From: the human T2T-CHM13v2.0 reference genome, Homo sapiens
Direction: 5' to 3' (one strand)
DNA length: 64,000 nucleotides
Assembly (NCBI RefSeq): GCF_009914755.1
Contig: NC_060929.1
Part shown: in pieces, positions 41,417 through 54,870 of the stretch
How positions within the stretch are numbered: the stretch's first letter is position 1
Layout of the letters: every line of letters begins with the position of its first letter
Notes under the pieces: model-generated
Databases searched by the model: none
Seen by the model: only the letters and a program-made list of their open reading frames with translations
What the model was told of the DNA's origin: nothing
Position numbers and translations under genes: made by a program

Positions 41417-43436
41417 CTAGAGTTGTTTTTAAACTCTCCAGAAAGCCTCAAGAAAGTGAGTCCACATTTCGAGACTTTCTCTCAATGACAGATGACAATT
41501 CATAAGCAAAGTTTGGCTTTCTTTTCAGCATAGGGATGTGTTCCATGCAAATTAAAAGCTTCTCAGCAGTCACCCATTAGTGATGCCATGATCTACTAAA
41601 TTACACACACAAACACTGCACCACGCAAATGCAAGGGAAATTGACTCCTTTGGCACCCAAACCATGGCTAGGATTCAAAGAAAATGCCTGGCTTAGCAGC
41701 TGCAGGAATGGCAAATAGACTGTCTTTACCTGTCAGTTCTAAAGTAACTGCCTGAGGTTCTGAGGTCTCACATCCCAAAGCAGTAGGAGAAAGTGGTGCT
41801 GTAAACAATTAGCAATGCTGGCTTTGGGTTTAAGAAAGTCACATGTGTCTCAATCTTGGCTGCTTTGAGTTAGAGATTTTTAGAGACTAAGAGAATAACT
41901 TTAGAAATTAAGATTAGCTTAACAAACTAATAAGAAGGCAAAGCACTGTATATTTTATATGCCTTCTTTTCCCTGGATTGTTACCTTGGCTGGTGTCCTA
42001 CTTTAGCAAGGAACAAAGCAAGGGAGGAATGGGTGAAAGGATCTGGTTGAAGCTGCACGGTTAATATGAGAAACAGCAAAATTTCCCAGGTTGACAGCAA
42101 CTTTGGTTTATCATTAAGCAACTGCATGTGACACACTGAAGGTCAGGCACTCACAGAGCAGTGCTTTAAGGGTGTGGAATCTTCCATGGGTGAACAAAAA
42201 CCTATTTTCTTCATCCTGATCTATTATTTCTCACCATGTGAACTATTTATCAGAAAATTGGCTCTCTAACTATCAAATATATGATGGTTATTGATAAGAC
42301 AAGAAGACAAGACTAAAAGAAAAAAATCAGGCATCCAGAAAAGCGCTCCTCCCCTAATCTCTTCCATTATTGTAGAATAGATTGCTCAATCTGCCGTGCT
42401 CTTGAGATTGGCTTTGATTCAGCCTCCTTTGGAGACCTGCTATTCATGTCACAAATATGGGTTTGATGTGTAGCAGATGAGGGTTTTTCAAAACACATGT
42501 TCAGTGAAGAGGGGGGTCACAGCTTAAGTGAAATCAACACAGGTTCTTGGCCTGGCTCAGACAAAAGGACCTGGGAGGAAGGATCTCTCCAAGGTCATAT
42601 AAATATACCCAGTAATAATCTTACACCTTCTCCTCAATGTGCAGGTCTTCAGAAGTCCCTTGCCATGGGGCACTTTGCCTGGTACTCCTGTGATCTGTTG
42701 GTGCTTTGGCCTGTTCTGGCATTCTCAAGTATTTTTATAAAATCCTCCTCCAACATCTCTCTGCTTTGAAATTACTTTGTGGATAATCCTGGCACCCGGT
42801 CCCATACAATGCTGCTCTTGGAATTGCAAAGCTTCTGGTGGTAGAATTTTTTCCTGCAGTGTTTACCCCTGATGGTGGGGATACTATTTGCCAGGTAACA
42901 CTAGGTAGAACAGATGGCCTCCTTTTCTGCCTGGTTCCTGTTTCAATTCAGGTGATCCTCCTTTGTTGTCATGCATGTCGAAAGCCTCTCTTAAGCAATA
43001 ATCTTTACTTACATTTATTGTTCCTCACTCTGCTTTTACCTGAAAAAAAATTACATGTAATTAAAAAATTTAAATGTATTTCTTTTATAAATTTAAAAGT
43101 GCACATAGTAAAATAAATTTGAAAACTGCACAGAAAATCAAGAAATAAAAAAGTCTATTTTCTGTCTACCTCTTCTACTGTGTCTCTTATGAAAGGTAAG
43201 CAACACTGATAAACTTTACTGCATACCAATGAGAAGTAAATCTCTACCTATTTCTACCTCTATCTCTATCTCTCTATCTTTATTGACCTTTCTGTATCCA
43301 TCAGTCCTTTATATAATTCCTATAATTGGGGTAACATCATACATACTCTTCTACAACCAGCTTTTTATTTTTATTAAGAATATGTCAAAGAGAGAGTGTC
43401 ATATAATCCCATATATTCTTTTAACCCAGTCTTTTT

Positions 43437-43568
43437 AAAATTTTTTTTTGGTAGAGATGGGGGTCTCTCTGTTGCCCAGGCTGGTCTCAAAATTCTGGCC
43501 TCAAGCAATCCTCCCTCCTCCGCCTCCCAAAGTGCTGAGATTATAGGTGTGAGTCATCACACCTGACC
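43437..43568 (-). mobile_element. FLAM-like Alu monomer inserted in an old L1M fragment (~43040-43730)
   Basis: Single left-arm-type monomer flanked by TSD TAACCCAGTCTTTTT (43422-43436 and 43569-43583). Confidence 0.85.
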
Positions 43569-44009
43569 TAACCCAGTCTTTTTTATTGACAATATATTTT
43601 GCCTGTTTGAATGCCATATGAATGTTTCAAAATGTGTTTCATTAGGTTATTTCCAGTAAGTATCATTACTTTTGCTCTTACAAACATTGCTGTGATGAGC
43701 ATCCATGTGATTGGTGCACTTCTGCATAGACCTAATTTTTTTTAATAAGACTTTGCCCCTTTCCTTATGGCCTTAAGTACTTTTCTGGCATCTTACCTCA
43801 TTTTGTTTTCATAGCATTAACTGTTATGTGACATTACTGATTTATTTCTGCTTATTTCCTATTGCCTCCAAATGAGAATATTCAGTATCACAAAAATAGG
43901 CAGTGTTGCCTTATTAAACTCTGTATTACCAGCACTTAGAATAGTACATGACATGTAGTGGGTGCTTAATAAATATCTGTTAATGTTTTTATAAAAATGA
44001 ACCTCAACA

Positions 44010-44500
44010 TATCTGGTGGAATGAATTTGGCTGAATGTAACCGAAAACTACAATGCAAACCAGCTAAGGCAAAAAGAAAATATATCTCACAAAAACCTGA
44101 AGTCTAGAGTTACAGCAGGCTCTAGGCATTTTTGATTGGCGCCTTAATAGTGTCATCAAGGACCCAAATTCTTTCCATCTTTTTATTGTGTCAACTTCAG
44201 CATAGGTTTTATTTTATGGAAGGTAACAAACTCAATGATGGCTGTAGGATTTGCATGTCTCACCTCCAGACATGATAATATCCAGAGAATAATGGCTCTC
44301 TCTTTCTGTGTTTCTTTTCTAGGGATAATGAATGTATTTGATAGAAGTCTCCAGAATACTGTCTTCTAACATTTTCTTAACTAAGTGAGACTTATGTAAA
44401 TTTCAGAGGCAATCATTTGCGAAAAACAGAATTACCTGGCCTGGCCTAGACTAATTACCTGGAGTAGAATCAATATTGTGGAGTCATCCATAAACCTCCA
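44010..44500. mobile_element. MLT1J/K-like MaLR LTR
   Basis: ttggctgaatgtaaccgaaaact.., gtcatcaaggacccaaattctttccatct and ctggcctagactaatt. Confidence 0.55.
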
Positions 44501-45084
44501 CACCACTTGAGCTTTGGAGTCAAACTAACAGTCCTGGTACTCTGGAGTTCTAATACTGGCCATGGGGAAGTCATAGTTAGTTATACGGTATAAATGGGAC
44601 CAAAAAATGGAGGCGGAGGGTTGGAACTATTGGAGCTTTAAGGAGCTGAACTCTTCTGTAATCATGTAAAACATTTTTTGTGTTGTACACAAAAATGCAT
44701 ATCTTCAGACTCTCTTTACTTCAGTGATAATTTTACTAAGTACAGGTTTAGATTTAAATGTAACTAAAATTGGTGGCTTGCTCTAAGGTATTGTGTACTT
44801 TTTATTTGAATAGTAGCTCACAGAAATCAGAGGTTGTAACATGGAAGACTTCAGGAACATTCTGTGAGCATGCTGGCAGGACTGTACAACTGAAAAACCA
44901 AGATCCTATTGGGTCTACCTCCCCAACATATCACAGAACCACATCATCTCCACTCTTACAAACATAGTTGGAACGCCTTTCATCTTCTGCCTGGACCACT
45001 CCTGCCTGGTATTGCTGCCATCTCTCTTGCCTCCTGTCAGTTGTTTCTCCACATAGCCACCAAGAAAACTTTTAAAAACAAAAT

Positions 45085-45275
45085 CATTTAGCATTAGGTA
45101 TATCTCCTAATGCTATCCCTCCCCCCTCCCCCCGAGTTAATGGGTGCAGCACACCAGCATGGCACATGTATACATATTTAACTAACCTGCACATTGTGCA
45201 CATGTACCCTAAAACTTAAAGTATAATAATAATAAAATGAAATAAAAAACAAACAAACAAACAAACAAAAAATCA
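45085..45275 (+). mobile_element. Very short 5'-inverted L1PA2/PA3 insertion within an L2
   Basis: Antisense L1 3'UTR piece (45085-45133) joined to the sense terminal ~100 nt plus an A/(CAAA)n tail; TSD-like AAAAACAAAATCA / AAACAAAAAATCA. Confidence 0.85.
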
Positions 45276-46032
45276 GCATAGCATTCCCTGATTCAAATCC
45301 TCACATAGCTTTTTATCTTGCTAAGAGTGAAATGTGCTCTCCCTACCCATATTCCCTCAAGCTCTCCACCACGAAGTGATAGACCATCACTCTTTCCCTT
45401 AGGCACTGCACCCTAACCCAGTGGGATGCTCTTCTTTTTCCTTGAAGATGCCAAGTGATTATCATTTTAAGTTCTTTGTGCTGGACTTCCAATTGTCACA
45501 TAATTGCTTCCTTCGGATTATTCAGGTCTCACCCCCAAAGTCACTACCTCCAGAGGTCTTCCCTGAGCACTGTAGCTAATGTAAGTCTACCCTAACTCCC
45601 AGCAACTCTCTATCTCATGTTATATTTTAATTTCTTCATAGTTTTATCACACTATAATATCTTATATATTTATTTGTTTATTTATTTTCAGTCTCTTCCA
45701 ACCTGATGGTAAACTCTCTTAGGGTAGGGATTCTGTTTAGCACCTTACTCCCAGCACCTAGAACGATGCTTGGCTTAATTCAGATTTGAGTGCTTAATTA
45801 ATGTTTGCTAACGACACTACCAACGTCTGTTCTTTCACCCTCTTTTTGCATAAGAATTTCACATCATATGTTACATATGGAGGCCCAGAGACTTCACAAT
45901 GGGCATGGTTAGTTTGGAGAACAGAAAAGAGGGCAGTTACAGGCTTAAGATATTTTGTTAAATATGAAAAGTCCTGTATTGTGAAAGAGTGACTCTAGGG
46001 TCAACAGGTTCAGTGGGAAGAAATTAGGGGAC

Positions 46033-46429
46033 TGATATGGTTTGGGTCAGTGTCTCTGCCCAAATCTTATGTCAAATTGTAATCCCCCGTGTTGGAGATG
46101 GGGCCTGGTAGGAGGTGATTGGATCATGAGGTGGTTTCTAATGGTTTAGCACCATCCCCCTAGTGCTCTTCTCATGATAGAGTTCTCAAGAGATACGGTT
46201 GTTTTAAAAGTGTGTAGCACCTCCCCCCGCCCCCCTTTCCTCCTGCTCTGGCCATGTAAGACGTGCCTGCTTCCCCTTTGCCCTCCACCATGATTGCAAG
46301 TTTCCTGAGGCCTCCCCAGCTATGATTCCTGTATAGCCTGCAGAATCATGAGCCAATTAAATCCCTTTTCTTTATAAATTACCCAGTCTCAGGTATATCT
46401 TTATAGCAAAGCAAGAATGAACTAATATG
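46033..46429 (+). mobile_element. MSTA-like MaLR solo LTR
   Basis: TGATATGGTTTGG..cccaaatcttatgtcaaattgtaatcccc..ataaattacccagtctcagg..actaatat; TSD (G/A)GGAC. Confidence 0.9.
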
Positions 46430-49400
46430 AGGACATTTACATACACTGACACAGCCCACAAAAGAGAATCCCAAAATTGCCAGATAAATTTCTCTTCTGA
46501 AGGAGTGATGCTTTCTTGCTAAGAGAGATGCCAAGTCAAACTGTAGAATAAATGGTTGGGAAAGAGAGGGTAATTGAAGTGAGAGGGAAAAGAAGCTGCC
46601 TTAATGGGAGCAGAGGAGGAATTTTGATAGGGAGGTTGGTGTCGAACAGCTGCACATTGAGAAAAAAGGATGAAAGAAGAAAGAGAATTTCATTATATAC
46701 AGTTGTAGTCCCTTTATTTGGGTCCCTTCTCATGCTCTTGAGTGTAGAATGAAATTCCTTTCTCATTATTATTGCATACGGACTGTACTTCTTGAGCATG
46801 AAGTCCTTTGAGATTGAATCATTATAGAGATTTTAATAACAATACAACTTTAAAACAAGTGACTGAAAATAGGGAAAACTGCCTGATATGTAGTTGTAGC
46901 ATGTTATTCAAAATTTAAGCAGAAACTCAAAGGCAATTTGCTGGGGACTAAAGTATAGATTAACTTCCAAACTCTGCTCCAATTCTCCCCTGACTGTGTC
47001 TACTCTATGGTCAAATAGGAAGTGCTTCTGGAGGTAGAGTGGCAGAAGCCTTTATATTTTATGACACATGGCCTCTTGGATGAAAGTTGGTCCTTTTGAA
47101 TTTGGAAATGGGTACAGTAATGGCATATTGATTGCATCTATTTTCCCATCTAGAACTTTATGCCAAAATCGCTTGCAGGGTGAAGAAAATGGAGATATCA
47201 TGGGACTGTGGAGAGATGAGTATGGCATCAGTTCTGGCCAAGTTGGTTGTGTGACATGGGCCAGCCCCTGATCTCTCTGTGCTTTCCCTCCTGACTCCTG
47301 AAAGCAGAGTAATGATATTCTCTTTATGTAGAAAAATGATGATCTGGTTTGGAATCTGCTCTTACCTCAGCAAAAACTGAGCCCCTGGAACGAGTTGAGC
47401 AGGCAAACAGGTGATGGGCCAGACACAGAAAACTGATGAGGGCACTGGACTGTGAGTTTGTCTGTGTGACCTTGGGAGAGCCCTGTCCCTCTCTGGGCCT
47501 CACTGTGTTGATTGTGAACTAAGGGGACTGGTTGAGACACTCTGAAATCACTCTTCCCTCTGATAATTCTGATCAGCAAAGCTGCAGGTCAGTATGTTTT
47601 TGCTGTTTCATAATCCTTAGAAAGCTGAGGTTTAGAATCAAATTAGGATACAAAAATAAGGCAGAGGATGGTATCAAGAAAGGAATAAAATAATTAGACA
47701 AGAAAGGCATCCATTCTAGTGTGGAAAATTATAAATTTGGTTAGACAATGTAATTTTACAATTGGTCAGGGGGAAGAAATTTTTAGAAGTCTTTCTGGTG
47801 AAAGTATTTCTGAAATGTGAAGAACTATGGAAAAGAAATCATTTTCCTTCTTCCTTACTCTTCATAGCTGGTCTGGAAATTTGATCTTCTTTAATGACAG
47901 GCACAGCTCTCCAGGATCTGCCCCCATCTGTCTTTTTCTACTTTATCTCCCTATAATCCTTTCTGGTCTTTCATCATTCTGTCTACTTCAGGCTTTTCCT
48001 CACAAAAGCTTTGTACTTTGCTATCTTGCAGCCTCTGCTCAAATTTTTGTCTCCTGATGTGTCTTCTCCCTTTGCCTATCTTTCAAAATCCTATACACCC
48101 TTTAATCCCGTCTCAAAGGCCCCTTCTTCCCTTCTTTCGTTCTTCTCTCCCTCTATACCCCCCTTTCCCTGTAAGTAACCTTTCTTTTAATTAAAAAAGT
48201 AACACTTGTATATGATGTACGATAAAAGCACAAAAGAGCTGTCAGGTAAATGATAAAACTTTTTCACATCCTCCCAGCTCCCCATCCAGAGCGCCCTTCT
48301 GCAAGCAGATGTTTATTACTAGTTTTTGAAGTCTCTTCTGTTACTCATAACACTGACTTCCTGGCCATTAGGCCACACTGGCTAGAGGGAGGGTGTAAAT
48401 CTAATTGAGGGGTGGACAAAGACATCCTAGTCCGCTGTACACACTCATCATACAAGGTGTTCCTCAGGTCCTTATGCTGAGGAGTGTGCCCCCCAGAACA
48501 GTCCTGGGGTTTATGAATCACACAGGCTGCTATGTGAATCCACACTCTAGATCTTCCTACTTGTGTACATTGAACACATTGTTTCATCACTTTGGAGACT
48601 CTTGTTTTCTTGTCTATAAAATAGGACAAGAATTATACCTTCTTCAGGGAGTTCTTCCCTTTCACCCCCTTCTGGGTTTCTGCAGGACTCTATGTCTACT
48701 TCATTATCACAATGGCTCCGTTGAGGGCAGGGGCCATGTGGGTATGTACAGCTTCGTCTTTGAAGACCCTATTGATTCTAGCTCAGTGCCTATTTAGGTG
48801 ATTAATAAACACTAAATTAAATTCAAAATTGGATCAATCTGGCTCACAAAAGGCAAAGTGTGATTTTTTTGTGGGGGAAGACATGGTGAGCAACCCAATT
48901 CTATCACCGAATTGAGGAGTGGCCTCAAGCAAGTCATTTATACATCTCCTATGCTCAAGTTTCTTATCTGTCAAATGTGGGTGGCCATTTCTACTTTACA
49001 GGACTTTTGGGAGGAAAAAATGAGAGCAGCACCTGAACTGCTGCAGGACGCAGAGTTCTGTAGCATTACAAATACCTTTCTTACCATTTTTTGTTCTCCC
49101 TTTTGCATAAAATTCTTTTTTGCAGGGACACACCATGTTCCTGTTGCTATTCCTACCCCTTCCTCCATTGAAAGCTTACAATCCTCAAGGGCTAGAGAGA
49201 AGATAAGAAACTAAGGTCTGTGCAAATATCATGAGAGTTACTTCTTTTCTAAATTCTGACAGTTTAAAACTGCATTGTTGCAACTTTCTGTCCCACTGTC
49301 AAATTGACTTGAGTGAGTCATCTCTATGGTAATTACTAGAGAAAGTCTCACGTGATAATTTATTTAACGATGGGATCCACATAGTTCTGCACATGCTTGT

Positions 49401-49751
49401 TCTAAAATATAGTCAGCAACTGTGCAGCAGGGCGTCAGTCACTGTGATCCATTTGGTGCCACTCAGCATCTTCTGTGCAAGTTCTAACTGCGATGTTTGA
49501 TTCACTGGTACCTCATTTGATATTCAAGAAGCTTTCATGTGACTGTCCCTCAGGGCAAAACATATTGCGTACTCTCTGACCTCATCCCATGTCTCCATCT
49601 CCAAGAACGTATCCTGAGTTGATCTTAATATTAAAAGCAGAGAGAGCAGCCTTGAAATAGAAGTCAGGGAAGGCTGTCAGGCAGGTTTGGTGGTAAAAGT
49701 GGGTGGTGAATGTGGAGAGAAGTTTGGAAGGAGGCAACGGTATGTCCAGGT

Positions 49752-50093
49752 CAGTGGTTCTCAAACATTTTAGGTTCAGGACACTTTGCACTTATAACAA
49801 TTACTGAGGACTTCCCGAAAGGTTTTCTTTACATAGATTACATCTCTCCATATTTAGCACATGGGAAATTAGAAAAAAAAGTTAAATTTTTGTAAATTTA
49901 TTTCAAAATAGCAGTAATAAACTCATTACATATTGACATCAAAGAAATGATATCAATACATGTCAGCCTCTGAAAAACTTCATTTTACCCTCAAGAAAAA
50001 AAGGAAAGTGAAAAAGGCAATTAATACTGTAGTATTACTACAAAAACAATTTGAGCCAATGAAAAGGGTCTTAGGGACTTCTGAGAACCATTG
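49752..50093. mobile_element. hAT-Charlie (Charlie1-like) internally deleted DNA transposon
   Basis: TIRs CAGTGGTTCTCA ... TGAGAACCATTG; 8-bp TSD-like GTCCAGGT / GTCTAGGC. Confidence 0.75.
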
Positions 50094-50629
50094 GTCTAGG
50101 CAAAGACATTGGAGACTAGGGGCTGAAAGTGTTTGTGTGTGTGAGTACATATATACACGAATCTCTCTCTCTCTCTCTCTCTTTCTATAATAATGAATAG
50201 CAAATTATTTACTGTGGATTAAATATTATGCTAGTTTGCAGCCATTATTTTATCTAGTCTCCATAATAATAATGAGAGGGGATATGATTATACCCATTTG
50301 GTAGATTAAAAAATAAGGTGCAGAGAAGTTAAGAGTCAAAGTGGGACACAATTTATATGACAAATGTCAGAAAAAGATGAGTTAGACTTTTATCTTATCA
50401 TAACATAGGCTATTGTATCCTGAGATATTATAGAAAAGGGCCAATGCAAACGATTGTATGTGGGGTGGTGGGGGAGGTATTCCGAAGCATGCAGATAGAA
50501 AACAAAAAGGCTTGAGGAACACTCTTTTGTGAACAACTGCAGGCTAAAGGTTATTTAGCTTTGGAGTATGACAAGAGTAGCTTCCTGGTTGCATTCTAGA
50601 GAGACAGGGAGAGATGCTTTAGTGGATGC

Positions 50630-51040
50630 TGTCAGGAGCTGTCCACATGCCCCTTTTAAGCTGAGGCACTCATGTATTGACAGCTGACTGCTTTCAGTTG
50701 AATTTCCCTCTGAGAATTATTCTCAAAGAAGGCTGTTAATACAAGATCACACCTTTGCCCCTGGGGCAACCCCAAAGCCATGACTGATTAGCAGGCATAT
50801 AACAGTCTAGCTTCCTTGCCTCTTTACAGGGCAACTGTAAAGGCCATTCCAGCTCTAGACCTCCTCATGGAATCTGCTGAAGCCTTTCTTGATTGTGTAT
50901 AACTGCTCAATGCCTCCCTCTGCCCAGCCCTGTTTCCCTCACTCCTCCACAGGTACTGATCCCAAGAGCACTTCTCAATCAACATCCTGAACTCAAATCT
51001 CCCTCTCAGAGTCTGTTTCCCGGAAGAACCAACCTAAGAC
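50630..51040 (+). mobile_element. Ancient ERVL-type solo LTR (LTR33/LTR41-like)
   Basis: Starts TGTCAGGAG and ends ctcagagtctgtttcccggaagaaccaacctaagACA. Confidence 0.6.
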
Positions 51041-51844
51041 AAAGACAGATTCCTAAATCTTCTCCCCTTAAGCACAGTTCCCTCCAATTTCTTTTAAATA
51101 TTAGGTCTCTATGAGGTTAATATTAAGCCTCTTTAAATTTAACAGTGTAATAGTTTCGACTTATACTTCTCCAGCCTTCCAGGGACAGCCTTTTCATTCC
51201 ATGTTGGACACTTTTGATTTTGAGGGTTCTTTTTTCTACTGAGTTGAAAAAGCCTATCTAGTATTCATGCATTATTTTTAGTTTTCCATGTGTAACTTTA
51301 CAGATTGGCCCATTCATTCTTCCATGATGCTGTTCACGTTACTATCTGGGTGGGGTCTTTAAATTGAATCAGTGAGGACCTCACCACAGTCTGAAAGCTG
51401 AACCAGAAACCATTTTAGGTACTTCGTAGTCCTGAGGTTTTCTGATTCCAGAGAGTTTTTTTTTTTCTGGTAAGTTGTTCATAATGTTCACCCTTTACAT
51501 GCACCACCTTCCAGGCCAATTTGGATCCCCCAAACCATGGAAAGATGTTAGCACAACAAATTTGCTTCTAATTCTTTTTTCTATTACAGTAAAATGGGGG
51601 TAAAGATTTAAGGCCCTTTAGCCCCATGTGTTTCAATTTGACCCCATATGTCTTCTTTCTTGTGATCCAACTTATTTTTGTGCAGTGTCATCTTCCCTGC
51701 TGTGTTCTGGAAGTAGGACAATTTTCAGTGTTATTTTTAATCATGTAGCACTCAGGGAGATAATGATATTGATTAAAGTGTGAGTGTAAAGAAGGTGTTT
51801 CTTTTTGAGAGGGATATATGGAGGAAGTGTGTTTTGCTTCCAAA

Positions 51845-51862
51845 GCTCCACTAGGTGGCATT
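51845..51862 (+). promoter_or_regulatory. Candidate CTCF site
   Basis: GCTCCACTAGGTGGCATT contains the CCACTAGGTGGC core (51848-51859), in apparently non-repeat sequence. Confidence 0.55.
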
Positions 51863-54273
51863 TTATTAAAGCAGTATTGCTACTGTGGTTTTAGAAGTAA
51901 GTGCTCACATTATTATTCTTAAAGGGATAGTATTAAGCTCCTCAAAATACGAAAACTCTATATTTTCATGGATGATTATAGTAAGGATTTTAAAACAAAA
52001 GCTTGCATATTAAAAAAATAAAATATCCAGATCCATGTCTGCCAAATCCAGCTTATTTTAAAATAATGTTTGAGACAAGATTTCTAACTTGGGCTCTGAC
52101 GCTAATCTACCACATGACCTGGTGTAAGTCACTTTCTCTCTCTGGACTGATTTCTTCTTCTTTGAATGAAAGACAACAAACAAGTTAATCTCTAAGGTCT
52201 TTACTTCGAATACTTAATTTAGTAATTCTATTTCATTCCTTACTGGGTTTAAATTACAAGTTTTCTAATACCATCATCACCAAATTTATAATAAAGACAA
52301 CATTAGACCATTGGTTTGTTTATAAAAAACTTTGTATAAAACATTGTGGCAATTTTAAAACATGCCAATTTTTGTCATTGAGGAGGTCATGTTAGAAGCA
52401 TTTCTTTTCATACCGAGTTTCAGAATCTTTTATGTCAAGCCAAACAACTTTATCATCTGACAACCTCTTTTCTATCCTTTCAAGCTGTTGGGGAATTAGT
52501 TCCTTTTGAAACCTAGAGAAACTCATCTGAGAGAGCAAGAGAGGTCTTCACAGATAATTATCAGCATTAGCCAGGTGAAGAGGCCCAACTCTTTTGTTCC
52601 ATTCTGCAAAAGAAACCTCTTTAAAGTTTTCATTTTCCAGAATGCTTTTACTTGAATTATAAAAATCCCACAGAACAGAGGCTTATAATATTTTATGTTA
52701 TAGAATTTTTTCCCATCTTTCTATTAGCGACAGATAAATAGACTTAAAAAAAAAAAAAAAAAAAAAAAAAGGATAACTCCTTTAGATCCCAAACTCCTCT
52801 GGGCCTGTGAATTTGGGCTTAAGGGAGGGCAGTTTAACTCTTTGAGAGCATTGCTGCTCTGCTGTGGATGTTGAATGAGGCTGCACTGAATCTATGGTTT
52901 GAAATCTGTTTCTCCTTCATCCCTGCTGCCATATTCACCCCAAATTCACAAAAGACTAGGGCTAGAGCTGCCAAAATCACAAAGGACTTTGCTGGTTGCC
53001 TGGCTCCATTTTTTTTTAAAGGGTATTTCATGAAGTAAGCGCCACAGTGGGAAAAAAGGAATGGCTCTTTCATAAAAGAAATTTTAGAAAGACTGTAAAG
53101 TAATCCCTGCTCTAATAGCCACGGTGCACATTGGCATTTCAACTCACTGGGAATTCCTATAGCAAGGAAATCTATACACCTAACCCATTGTTTTGCAAAT
53201 CCATGGATTGCTTTGGAGGGTATAGCTTTAATGTAATAATTTTATTTTAAAGATAACGAAGAAGCAAAGTTTATTCAAGAATAAAATCAAGAATTTAGTC
53301 ATAATAAAAACATAGGAGAATTGGATTCAGAACCTGAATCTCTTGGTTTTGATCCTATTCTTTTTTCTATACATTCTAATTGCAGATCCAGATCTAGAAC
53401 ATTCTCTAAAATTTTTCAAAATGTAATATGAATTTCATACGCCTTAAAATAAAAATGGACCTAGACGTATTTCTTGATGTTATGTTACTAATGAGCAAAG
53501 TAAGACCTAGAAAGGCTAAATGACTGTTTCATGGTCATGTGACTAAATCAAAGCAAAACTCGAGATAAGAGGTAAATTTTTTGGAGTGTCTGTCCATGAA
53601 TGGTATCCATAAACATGCCATCCATCCATGATAACCCATGCCTTTGAATTAAGAATGAAGAAAATTACATCTAAGTTATTTTATACCTTATGTCCTTATC
53701 AGCCATTAATGAGTTCAGTTGAATAGGATTCTTCCTTTTGCCTTAGCAGAAGATTGTGACAATAGAACCGGTAAGTTTTGATGATACCATTGCAACCAGG
53801 AAGAGCCAATAAAAATAAGCATTAGATTAGAAATGTCAAATATATAACTTTGAGCATAAACTCACCTCTTTAAAGGTTAGCTTAGACTAGTTAAATGAGA
53901 AATTGTATTATTAATAGATTTTTGTATGCAGTTTCAGCTCTAGGTAGCAATGATAAAGAGCACACATATTAAATATAGTGATAATTATAGAAATAAAGAC
54001 AGTATTTGCTAAGTGTTTATGCAGTACCAGGCACTCTGGTAAGGACTCATCTACTCTTAATACTTACCATAATCCTGTGCTCATTTTATGGAAGATTGAG
54101 CTGAAGCTCAGAGAGGTTAAGAGACTTGCAAAAGGTCACACAATAGCAAGTTATAGAATAAGAATTTGAACTTAGGAATTAGTTTCTAGAGCCAATATTC
54201 TTAAGCATTTTATAATATTAAAGAAATGTCATAATGAAAATCAAATCTGAAAATGCTATATTAGAAATGTCTT

Positions 54274-54870
54274 CCTCCACAACGTGGTGATTTTTCAAAG
54301 ACTAAAAGACAGAAATGCCATTTGACTCAGCAATTCCATTACTGGGTATATACTCAAGGGAATGTAAATTGTTCAACTATAAAGACACATGCACACGTCT
54401 GTTCACTGCAGCATTATTCACAATAACAAAGACATGCAATCAACCTAAATGCCCCTCAACGATAAACTGGATAAAGAAAATGTGGTACATATACACCATG
54501 TAATACTACACAGTCATAAAAAAGAATGAGATCATGTCCTTTGCAGGGACGTGGATGGAGCTGGAGGCCATTATCTTAGCAAACTAATGCAGGAACAGAA
54601 AACCAAATACCACTTGTTCTTATAAGTGGGACGTAAATGATGAGAACACATGGACACATAGAGGGGAATAATATACACAGGGGCCCTCTTGAGACTGGAG
54701 GGTGGGAGGAGGAAAAAAATCAGGAAAAATATCTAATGGGTACTAGGCTTAATACCTGGGTGATGAAATAATCTGTACCAGAAACCCCCATGACACAAGT
54801 TTACATATGTAACAAATCTGCACGTGTATCCCTGAACTTAAAAAGAACAGTTAATAAAAAAGAAAAAAAA
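54274..54870 (+). mobile_element. 5'-truncated old primate L1 (L1PA13-15-like)
   Basis: ORF2 C-terminal remnant (PFDSAIPLLGIY), 3'UTR and A-tail; TSD AGAAATGTCTT at 54263-54273 and 54871-54881. Confidence 0.9.
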
